Assembly (NCBI GenBank): GCA_023213395.1
Contig: CM041465.1
Coordinates: 125,929,741 to 125,993,740 of the forward strand
Length of the DNA: 64,000 nt
Direction: 5' to 3'
From: Cycas panzhihuaensis
Lineage: Eukaryota; Plantae; Cycadophyta
Under the pieces are notes generated by a model, which had not been told where the DNA came from, made no database searches, and was given only the letters and a program-made list of their open reading frames with translations. Within the stretch, counting starts at the first letter, position 1, and every line of letters starts with the position of its first letter. Below are positions 14,901 through 26,213 of this stretch, one piece after another. Position numbers and translations under genes: made by a program.

Positions 14901-15907
14901 TGATTCAAATAGTGCTCTTCTCTTCTTCAAGTTCCTGTAATAGTGATTGTCAAATATTCAAATCCCATCAGGGTCCATTTCTACTTTCCTACTACTCTCT
15001 CTTAGCTTGCACTTTCTTCTAAGCTTGTCTTGCATAGAACTTGTGAAAGGGAGGATCCGCATCACCCTTTCCCATAACGTTATATTTCCTGTTACAGAAG
15101 GAAGTTCAATGGGCATTTCTTGTGGTATGTGCACGACAAGATCTATGACATTTAGACCTTTGTTTTTAAAAGATGACTTCAATTACAAGAAATTGGCGAA
15201 TGGTGGAGGAAGGTTTGTGAAAGCTTCGTTCATCGTTGATATCACACCATCTCTTTGTTCGATGGGAACCTACACGACAGTGCTCTGATCTATCAATAAA
15301 CATTGACCGCATATAGTAATCAATTATTACCATAATAATTCGAACAATACTTCAATATGTTTATGTGAATGTGATCTAATGGCAATTATTACTTACCATA
15401 ACAACTGCATCTCGTGCAACCAGTGTAAGAATGTATGCACATGAAACAACTCTAGGGTAGTGATTTTCAAGAGCGGTCATAATGACATCAATCACCTAAA
15501 ATCCCCTCAAAGTGAGGTTGGTACAACATCCTTTCTACTATGTTGGTTTTTATTGAATTCAATAGAACCAACCCATCACATCCTGTATAGATTCTGTCTC
15601 AATAGATCATTTACTTATCTCCAATTTTCCTCATTAATTCACATTGAAAATTGAACAATGATAATAAAATAATAATAATAATGACCTTTACAAAATAGTC
15701 ATAGAAATACATCCTCAGAAGTGGAGCTCCAAGAGATGGTGCCTCAACAATGTACTTGGCCACAATCTCCTTAAGGATCAATTTCGCTTTGGGGCATGTC
15801 TTCTTATAAAATCCTAGTCTTAGGCCTTTACTAGTTGCACCCTTTGAGACTGTGACAAATCATAGAAGAATGACAACCAAAACTAGAAATAGTGCCTTCC
15901 TATATAT
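14898..15907 (-). pseudogene. Class III secretory peroxidase pseudogene (PER27/PER56-like), 3'-truncated; exons ~15907-15686, 15582-15397, 15289-14898
   Basis: Signal peptide, then GLRLGFYKKTCPKA...LGAPLLRMYFYDYFVK | (G)CDGLVLL...LRGF*VID...VVSCAYILTLVARDAVVM | ...NLPPPFANF...KGLNVIDLVV..AHT...VEMDPDG...FDNHYYRNLKKRRALFESD. Two GT-AG introns sit at canonical class III positions. The distal His is lost, and there are stops and frameshifts. Confidence 0.92.
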
Positions 15908-17864
15908 ATTGCATCGACGTGACTACAGACGCTTGATCCTTTCACTATATTTGTTTTAGAACGCTAAAACAATTAAACCCTTCTCTTAAGTTCTCATCAT
16001 GATCATTCGGCACAATAATTGTTTAGAGAAATATTGAACAGAACACATGGATGCAACTGCAAAGATAACCATTAGTAATTGATGAAGACGTGGAACACCT
16101 ACAACATTAGTGGACGGTGCCTTCAGAGCAAGTGGTGAATTGTGTTTGTATCCAAGCTAAGCCACATGGAGAGTTGAAAATATAAAATAGAGGCAACGGT
16201 GCCATCAATAAATTAATCATAGATTATAAATAATAAAAAATCAAAGAGTGAGGAGGGATTTGGGTAATGATGAATGACTATAATATTAATAGGCGGTACT
16301 TTATGTTGATTCCTTGTGAATTTTCTCACCATATAGATTGTCCACATATTATTTATTAATTATTTTATACTATCAATTCCCACAAAGCTCTCAATTCCAA
16401 TTGATTATTGGATTTCATAGTATTCAAAGGACATTTTCAGCATAACATTGTGTGCAATAAACATCTGAACTCTTTTGTCAAATTTGTCCATTTGGAATTC
16501 TTATCTGAATAAGTTTATTATTAACATCAGTCATAGAAACCTATAAATTTATAATTGGCCACTCTATTAGATTTTATTTGATGTTTGTAAAGGTATGAAT
16601 TATGTGAGGTGATAGTAAGAGGAACATCCTCCTTTACTTATCTTATCATCAAGGCATAATAAGTGCTAGCCTTTCGCACATGTTTCATAAATTCTTTAGT
16701 AATCAACATGCTTTCTGCATGCCCTCCTTCCTTAAGTGGTAATAACTTCACCTCAACACCATTCTTCAAGAATGTCTAAGTATTATTCTTACCATCATGA
16801 AAGGCATTCCTATTGTACAGTTACAGTCTCCCCAATAATAAATGGCATGCATCCATCGGGATCACATCACACCATATCTCATTCTGATATGGTTTCCCAA
16901 CGCTAAATTTAGCTAAGCATCTTTTGTCAACAGTCACCTCATTTCCTTTCTTAAACTAAGAAATACAACATGGATGTGGATGTGCTTCACAACTTAATTT
17001 TAACTTCTTTACCATTTCATGAGATCATATTCTCACAACTACCACCATCAATTATAGCGTTGCATACCTTTCCTCCTGCAGTACATCTTGTCCTAAAAAT
17101 ATTATTTTGTAACTATAAATCATTATCTATCTTTCTCTTTCCTTTATCTTGTATGGGTCATTACCTAGGTGCTATCATGGTTCTTTGAAGCATTAAGCTC
17201 TCACCTTCATCTATTATGACTCCATTGTCATCTTCATTTTGGGCCGAGTTTATCCTTGAATGGTCTTCTTGCCTTCTAGATTATTCCTCGTGGTAACGAA
17301 AACATTCAAATGCCTTGTGTCCTTCCTTACATCTAAGACAAACAAAAACTCTTCTCCATCCTCTTCCACCACCAAAACCTTTGCCTTGTTGGGATTTTGG
17401 AAATCCTCTTCCCCTGAGTTGGTTCTCAGCTCCTCGCCCTCCCTGCATTTTATCTTGGCTCTTGACTTTTTTTTCTTTCCGTCCTATTAGATGATTCTCC
17501 TCTCACATAAGGAATTTTTCCTCTACATCTTTACAAAGATGATGAACCTTTTCTCATCATAGAGGGCCTTTGAGTAGTATATCTTTTAGCCAATCTACTA
17601 ACTCCTCTAGTTTTAAAATACCCTAGTAGTTTTGTATGTTGATCTTGATTCCATCATTCTTATTTTCAAGTGCTTTCAAGAATATTTCTTCTATTGTTTA
17701 TGGTTCTTATGGCTCATCCTCTTTTAATCTTATACTATCATCACTTAATGCTTCTTCTTCACTAGTATTTCCTCCATGTCTTTCCCTTAATACTACATTA
17801 GCAAGTTGTTTCATTCTCTTTTGCAACTCCTACAAGTTTTTATTCACTTCAACATAGTTTACTC

Positions 17865-18199
17865 TGTTGGGAATAATCCCAATGTTCATGCACTAGAGCA
17901 CTTTGGGCCCCTCAAAGCCACCTTTGAGGGCCCCTAGGGAACCTTGAGCCTTTCAAAAGCCGCCCGGACCGACCACTCACGTGAGGTATGTATTACCGTT
18001 ATTTATTTTTTATATTTTTTCAAACTAACGTTATTTGTTGTGCAGCTAGGGTGATGGCACCCGACGCCTCCCCGAATTCTCTATATAAGGGTTGGGAATA
18101 CCTCCCTGGTGTTTATTAACACCGCCACTCTTTCAGAAATCGCCGTTGTACTCAAGATGAAAGTTTCGTGATGTCCTGCTCTGCCATCCAGCTCCATCA
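17865..18199 (+). repeat. 5' LTR of copia 17865-26213
   Basis: Direct repeat of 25884-26213. TATATAA at ~18083. Confidence 0.95.
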
Positions 18200-21100
18200 T
18201 TTGGTATCAGAGCTAAGGTTGTCTATTTTCAGTTTTTGGTTGCTCAAACGTCCGACGGAACATAGCTATATGATCGCCGTTGAGATTGGCGAGCTCACCG
18301 ATCTATTGGAGAAGACGGATCTGGATTCCATCCATTGTGGAGGAAGATCTCCCTCGGAAGTTTGCTCTCCATACGAAACCGTGTGCTTCGTTTAGTTTTT
18401 ATATTTTTTTTTCAACATATAAATAAAAGATTTTTTTTTGATATATGCTTTTAGCTTGATAGATCTTGAGTGATCCTCTGCATTCCTCGGCCTCTATTAA
18501 TCATTTTGCAATTGGAATCTCAGATTTTGTCTACCTTGACCTTGCACTATATCTCCGCCTCTTTGTGGTGCGATTACATTGTATTAATAACTCTTTATTT
18601 TGCCAAGATTTGTTCCTCCTCCTCCGCTTATCCGCTCCCTTTTGCCCTCTCTGTCTTCATACTCCCGCCTAGTCCATTCACGCAGCCTTCAAGGCATTCG
18701 GACTCTCGCATCTCTATCTTTAGGCTCCTGTCTCTCCGTCTTTGAGACCGCTTTCTTCTCGTCTGTCTCCATTTGCGATTCGCCTCTACCGCATACACGT
18801 GCATTGCGTTTGGGTTTTGGGAATCGTGCGTCGCCCTTCGATTTGCTTTGATCTCTCCGTCTCCAATCGTTGCTCTGCGTTTTGATCCGATCGGACTGTG
18901 GTTGTTTTCGTCCTCTTCATTACATCTTGAGAACTCCGTCTTCCGCTTGCACCAGGCCTTTGCATTTAATACATAGTCCGTGGCGTGGCTCGCTACAAGG
19001 CCTCTATATTCCATACTTGCTTGCATTTGCTCGCCTCTGTGAGTCCTTATTGGATCTTGATTATTCAAAGTGCATCTGCGTTGTTGATTGCATTTATTAC
19101 CGATATTCCGATCGGCGCCTATACTCTTCGTCTTTGATATTAACTGCTTTCAGTTGCATTGTATTATTCATCCGTTCGTCCCGTTGACATGTATTATTAA
19201 TGTACGCCTTTATATTTATGAGTATTCATTGAATCGCATTTTAAATTTGAATCGCTTTTGTCGCCTTTATATTTATGAGCGTTATTTCTGAGCGTTCATT
19301 AAATTCTAAATCGCTTTTGCATAAATCGCTTTTGCGTTTAAATGTTTGAATCGCTTTTGTTGATATATATTTCTGTTTATATATTTGGTGTTGCACTTTA
19401 TAATACATTCAGTTTATATTTATTGTATGTTTTTAAAATTCGGTTTTAAAGGGTTTACGTTCGGTTTTAAACTCGATGAGCGAGTTCACCCTCCTGGCAT
19501 CGGAGGTTTCTGTTTCCTGACTGGTCTTGGGTTCAATCCCAGCCCAGTTCAGCTTCAGACCGTTTTTTAAAGAAGTTTTTTCATTTTTAAACTTTATTTT
19601 TTTAAAAATTTTATTTTTCCATAGGGTTATTGGCGCTTTCGAGGCCATAACTTCTTTTTGGCTCATCGGTTTCAGACGAAACCTGCGCCATCAGCTCAGA
19701 AATTTTCCGTAGATCAATTTCGACTGGTCATAAGACCAATTTGGTGCCCATTTGACCTCGTTTCGACCTTGTTAACATTGGACTTTCGAAATTTCTGCGT
19801 TTTCTGCAATTTTAACAAAATCAGTTTTTGAACTAGCTGCCATTTACTGTTGGTAAACTATTTTGTATCCGAATTTTTTCTATTGTGATCTACGTCATAT
19901 AGACTCTAATACCCATCTTTTACTTTAATTTTTTGACTTCATTTTCACTAATATTTTAATCGTTAAAATAAGAAATTTAGTTGATTTTGCCTGTTTCTTG
20001 AACATTCTCCATAAAGATACTTGTCACATTTTTCACTATAACTTTTGCAATTTTTATCAGATTTCATTTCCGTCAGCTTCGTTGGGAAGCTGGCTCATTT
20101 CTCTTCACTGTGATATATTTTTTCTTATATTTTGACATATTTTACTTATATTTCAAATCAGCTAAAGTTGAAGCATTTTATTGGCCTAAATCTGCTGTTT
20201 TTTTACAACTGTTTAATATATTCTTTCAAAATTTTCAATTGGCAGAATATTAATTACTTCATCAATAATATTTGATCAGTTTTTCAACTTTTCTAAAGAT
20301 TAATTAGTACTTTTATACAATTTTTTGCCTACCCTACTCCTGTTAGGCTCCATAAGGAGGTCCTTTCCTTTGGCTTATTCAAAACGTGACTTATTGGTAT
20401 CCAATTTCAAAACCGTCTATTTTATTGGATTCACATTTCAGCAATCTTCATATTGATAAAATTTTAAGTTATTCTGACCTCATTCAATATAGTTTTGAAT
20501 CTGTTAAAGTTGAGTATATATATTCATCCTAACAAGCTTGTCTTCTTTCAAAATTGTAAAGAAAATTCTAGTTCATATTTCCTTGTTTACTCAAGTTTTT
20601 TTTGCTTGATCTCTCTACAAGCACTTTACATTATTTTGAACAAGTATTTATTTATAAGGCAATACATAAAAGTTGTTCTTAAAAGAAGTTTTTTGAAGAT
20701 TTATTATTCATTTGAGAAATTGGCATCTGTTTGAAAACTATCTATTCTCAAAAGTTTATTTTTTTAAATCTTGCATAAGTGAAACGTTTTGAGCATCATT
20801 ACTTCTTTTTTGATTGTTTTACTTTAAAAGTGTATCAAAGTTCTTCTTCATTATTGGAAAATATCATTCTTCTTGCACTTATAAAAAGAAAATAGCATTT
20901 TTTTTTCAAAGGCATATTACATTTGTTTGAAGGACATATTTTTTTTTGAAAAAAAAGCAAAAAAAGTTTTTTTTGTAAAAGTTTTCATTTTATCTTGCTT
21001 AGAGTATTTTTTTTTCTATTATCAAAAGAATTTTTCTTTTTCTAAGCAAGACCACATTGCTAAATAGATTAGTCTTCACATTAAATAAGATAAATCCCGA

Positions 21101-21676
21101 ATTGAACCACACTTTTACCACCTTGCAAGGGGAACTAGGACCCCTCGGTTACCACCACTCAAGACACGCTAATCTACCTACTCATATTGGATGAGGACAC
21201 CATTAGCTATCGTGTGTATATGGTGGCGGTGAGGTGCGTAACCTTTTCCTTTTATGGTGTTTGGAGACCAAGGCTAGACACGGAGAGGGTGAGTGCCTTT
21301 GGTTCGAGAACCTTCACCGCTAGATCTCGTTAGCATAAATCCCAAGGCAGTGGACCAACAATCTGTGGGGGGTGTCAAAGCCTTCTTAGCGACGATCTTG
21401 AGGTATATAGAGCCTAGTGCTCAAGATCAGATAAAGGGTCCCTGTTTTGCCATCCGTAAGGTGCGCCATCGACAATTGAAGAACCGAAGGTTTCAGAGAA
21501 ACATAAACTTAGAGCCTAGTAGCCTTTCTAGGTCCTAGTTCATTTGTTCAAACTTTTGAAAACCTTGGGATATATATTTGGAAATAATCTCTTTCATTTT
21601 AAGTTCTTTCAAATTTTTTACATTCAAATATTTTTTGTTATTGCATTTATCACATTTCATACAACTTTAATCTAAA

Positions 21677-24600
21677 ATGACGTCTCACTTTGGGAATATG
21701 ATTATTCCTAAGTTTGATGGAAATAATTTTCTTAACTGGAGTAGGAGGATGAGGCCCATCCTCATAGCAAATGAAATGTGGGATATAGTGAGAAATGGTT
21801 ACAATGACTTAGGATCAAATCCAACGATCGAAAAGCTACATACAAAGAAAATATCAAAAAAGATAATGAAGCCTTAGCCCTTATTTTTTGCGCTTTGGAA
21901 GATCATGTTTTCCCACGGGTTAGTGAATCCATCAAGTCCAAAGAGGCTTGGGATACTTTACAGCTTATTTATGAAGGGGCTGCGTCCTCTAAACTACAAA
22001 ACCTAAGAAGTAAGTTCGAAAATTTACGTATGATGCCTCATGAATCAATAACTGAATTTATGACCAAGATTCAAGACATAGTTAACCAAATGAGGTCCCT
22101 TGGGGACACCTTAACCGAACAAAGAGTTGTTGAACGGATCCTTCGATGTGTAGGAGCCGTTAGACGCTTTGAGATGGTCGCTACAAGTATTAGTGTATCT
22201 AAGGACCTAAGTACACTTAAAATAGAACAACTTACTGCTATGCTTATGTCCATAGAAGAGCAACAAGCTGCCAACGAATCCTTAGAACATGCCTTTGCTA
22301 CAAAGGCCAACATTCAATCTAATCCTCAAGATGGCACTTCAAAACAAAATGAATCTCCTCTAAGGCGAAAAGATGAAAACCCTAAAAATGAACCTAGACA
22401 AAATCCTCCACGATACCAAGCTCCTCATAATAGACAAGGACGACCCCCACAACATGAAAATTCTCCAAGACATTCGAACACTCAAAGAAACCCTAACCAA
22501 CGAAGACAAGTTGAAAATCATTCTTGTTGTCCACACTGTCATGGGAACCCACAACCTTCTAGAACACCTCAACACTATCATGACCAACCAAGAAATACTC
22601 ATACTCAATTCTATGAGGAAAGGGGGAGACCTCTCAACTTTGATCACTCTTCACCAAGGAATCAAAATCTTAGTTATGGAAAAAGAGATCAACTATATTG
22701 CACTTATTGTCGTAGAAATGGTCACACTGAAGATAAGTGTTTTTCAAAACATGGACCACCCTCTAGAGGACATGCGTCAAATACATCAGAATCTAAAATC
22801 AACAATAGGTTATTTCTATCTAGTTTTTCAAACCAGGAAGAAGAGGATGATAGTTGGTACATTGATTCCGGTTGTTCCACCCACATGACCCATAAAGAAC
22901 AATTATTTCAAACTTTGGATACAAATAAGAAAGGGTCCATTATGTTTGGAGACAACACCTCTCACGAATCGATTGGAAAATGTAGCATTGCCTTATTAAC
23001 TGATAGTGGTGAATACAAATATTTAAATGATGTTCTATACGTCCCCGCTTTAAAGAAAAACTTACTATCAGAGGATGATGATGGGACAAGACTATAAAAT
23101 AATTTTTGACAACGGCGAATGTGTCATTAAAGACAAACGACAAAATGAAGCTATTGTTGCTAGGGGTATCATGACTAAAGATCGTTTATTTAAACTTACT
23201 ATCACCCCCTCAGAAACGTATGCCCTTAGAACTACAACTACTATGGATAGTGACCTATGGCATCGACGTTTTGGTCACCTTAATTATACAAGTTTAGCCC
23301 TTATGAAAAGATTAGATATGGTTAATGGCTTGCCCCCTATTGATGTTAACAAAGAGTTGTGTGAGGGATGCCTTCTTGGAAAACATCATAGAGAAAGCTT
23401 TCCAGACTTTAGCCATCGGCATCCGCCCCTCTTCAACTCGCTCACACGGATATTTGGGCCCAATGGCCACTCCCTCCTCGGTGTGCCAAATATTTCCTTA
23501 TATTTATTGATGACTTTACAAGAAAGACTTGGGTGTTCTTTCTCAAATACAACTGATGCATTTGACCACTTTGTTGACTTCAAAACCTTCGTTGAGCTAA
23601 AGTGGATATCATATCCTCTCCTTAAGATCGGATAATGGGGAGAATTTACCTCTAATATCTTCAAAGATTATCAGATCCAACATGGGATTAGGCGACAACA
23701 TACGAACCCCTACACCCCACAACAAAATGGTGTAGAAAGGAAAACAGAACTATCGAGAAATGGCACGTTGCATGCTTAAAGATAAAAACTTAGGCCATGA
23801 ATTTTGAGTCAAGCCCATACCGCATGATCTACTTACTTAATCGATGTTCCACAAAAGTCGTTAAGGGAAGACACCAGAAGAAGCATGGACAGGTTATAAA
23901 CCTAGTATCCGTCACCTTAAGGTATTTAGTTGTTTAGCCTATGCCTATGTCCCTGACCAAAGAAGAACCAAATTAGATGATCATAGTTTAAAATGTATCT
24001 TTATTGGATATAGTGAATCATCAAAATCTTACAAAGTTTATGATCCCAAATCCCGAAAAGTCATTCTGAGTAGGGATGTCAAATTTCAAGAGGACACCTA
24101 CTATCAAAATAACCATGAACAACAACAAGACATTACCATTAAGTTTAATGCATCAAATACATCCAAATATGTGCCACCTATGTGGCGAAACTCTCTAGGA
24201 ACTACTAGGGAAACAACATCACCTCAACCACCATCACAACCCCTACCCAAATGGGTTCAACGCAATCATGACTTAGGAAATATATTAGATAACAATCAAG
24301 ATCTACATCGCTCACACAAAGTTAACTTTACTCTAATGAGTAAGTTACTTGAAAGTCATGAGCCTCAAACCTTTGGTGAGGCTAATCAACATGAGTGCTG
24401 GCAAAAAGCCATGCAAGAGGAATATAAATCTATAGTTAAAAATGACACTTGGGAACTTGTAGACTTACCACCAAGAAAGAAAGCCATTGGAACCAAATGG
24501 GTTTATAAGACTAAGTTCCACTCTGATGGATCAATTGATAAATATAAAGCTCGTTTAGTTGCCAAAAGATATGCCCAAAGAGAATGCATAGACTATACTG

Positions 24601-25876
24601 AAACGTTTGCCCCTGTTGCTAGAATGGAATCAGTTCGCATGATAATAAGTTTAGCCGCCCAAATGGGTTGGCCTGTTTATCAAATGGACGTAAAAAGTGC
24701 TTTTTTAAATGGTTATATCCAAGAAGATATTTATGTCTCTCAACCCCTCGGTTTTGAAGTCAGGGGGAAGAAAACAAAGTGTATAAGTTAAAGAAAGCGT
24801 TATATGGTCTAAAACAAGCACCTAGGGCTTGGTATTCCCGTATCGACACATATCTTAAAGATCAAGGGTTTGAAAGATCTCAAGCAGATCCAAACCTATA
24901 CACCAAAATTAAAGGAAATTCGATATTGATCGTAGGACTTTACGTGAGCGACTTAATTTATACCTAAATGACTCCCAACTCTTAAGTCAATTTAAAGAAG
25001 CTCTGTAAGGAATTCGAAATGACAGACTTAGGTCTTATGCACTACTTCCTAGGATTGGAAGTGTGGCAAGATAAACAAGGAATATTTATATCTCAACGTA
25101 AATATATATTAGATCTTCTATAAAGATTAAAAATGACAAATCAGAAACCATTGTCAATACCAAAGTAAATTGGAATTAAACTCTCTAAGATGATGACTCA
25201 ACTTCAGTTGATCCCACTCACTATAGACAACTAATTGGTAGCCTACTTTATTTAACTTCTACTCGACCTGATATAACATATTCTGTAAGTGTTGTATCTA
25301 GATTTATGCGTAATCCAAAGACATCCCATCGCAAGTCGCTAAAAGAATCCTCGATATCTTAAAGGGACTTGACTTTGGATTATACTACAAACCTACATCC
25401 GAGTTTCGCTTAACTAGTTATACTGATTGATTAATGGTGATATCGATGATAGAAGATCTACCTCTGTGTTATGCATTTAGTATGGGATTAGCGCAGAGCT
25501 TGGAGTTCAAAGAAATAAAATACCGCTTCCTTATCCACAACTAAAGCGTAATATAAAGCCGCAGTTGTTAGGAGCTTGTGAATCAATCGTTAAGAAGACT
25601 CTTACAGTGATTTTCAAATTAAACAAAGAAGGCCCCACTAAAATTTGGTGTGATAATCGAGCGCTATTCAAATGACAAAAATCCAAGATTTCACCAGCAG
25701 TAACAAAGCACATTGAAACTCAATACCACTTCATTCGGAACTTGTACAAGGTAAGAAATAGAGTTGACTTATCAGAAGATCAAGATCAAACAATGGATAT
25801 TTTTACAAAGGCCTTGGGAAAAATCAAGTTTGAAAAGTTCGTAGATGATCAGGAGTCATACACATTGGGCTTATAG
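21677..25876 (+). pseudogene. Copia gag-pol polyprotein (frameshifted as assembled)
   Basis: IPKFDGNNFLNWS (gag N-terminus), CTYCRRNGHTEDKC zinc knuckle, WYIDSGCSTHMT protease, LWHRRFGHLN...CEGCLLGKH integrase zinc finger, YQMDVKSAFLNG and LYGLKQAPRAWY (RT), RNase H TKHIE...DIFTKAL. Confidence 0.93.
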
Positions 25877-25883
25877 GGGAGAA

Positions 25884-26213
25884 TGTTGGGAATAATCCCA
25901 ATGTTCATGCACTAGAGCACTTAGGGCCCCTCAAAGCCACCTTTGAGGGCCCCTAGGGCACCTTGAGCCTTTCAAAAGCCGCCCGGACCGACCACTCACG
26001 TGAGGTGCGTGACACTGCTATTTATTTTTATATTTTTCAAACTAACGTTATTTGTCAGGCATTTAGGGTGATGGCGCCCACGCCCCCGAATTCTCTATAT
26101 AAGGGTTGGGAATACCTCCCTGGTGTTTATTAACACCGCCACTCTTTCAGAAATCGCCGTTGTACTCAAGATGAAAGTTTCGTGATGTCCTGCTCTGCCA
26201 TCCGGCTCCATCA
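25884..26213 (+). repeat. 3' LTR of copia 17865-26213
   Basis: Direct repeat of 17865-18199, preceded by the PPT. Confidence 0.95.

Larger units (their letters stand above)
17865..26213 (+). mobile_element. Full-length young Ty1/copia LTR retrotransposon (8.35 kb) with a ~3.5-kb 5' leader
   Basis: LTRs at 17865-18199 and 25884-26213 (TG...CA). Perfect TSD TACTC (17860-17864, 26214-26218). PBS TGGTATCAGAGC at 18202-18213. PPT TATAGGGGAGAA ends at 25883. Confidence 0.96.

Noticed and set aside
18628-19068. 146-aa antisense ORF in the copia leader
   Set aside because: No recognisable motif. The GC-richer block is open in several frames by chance.
21150-21235. Possible hammerhead ribozyme in the structured leader
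   Set aside because: No CUGANGA/GAAA core found (GGAUGAG only).
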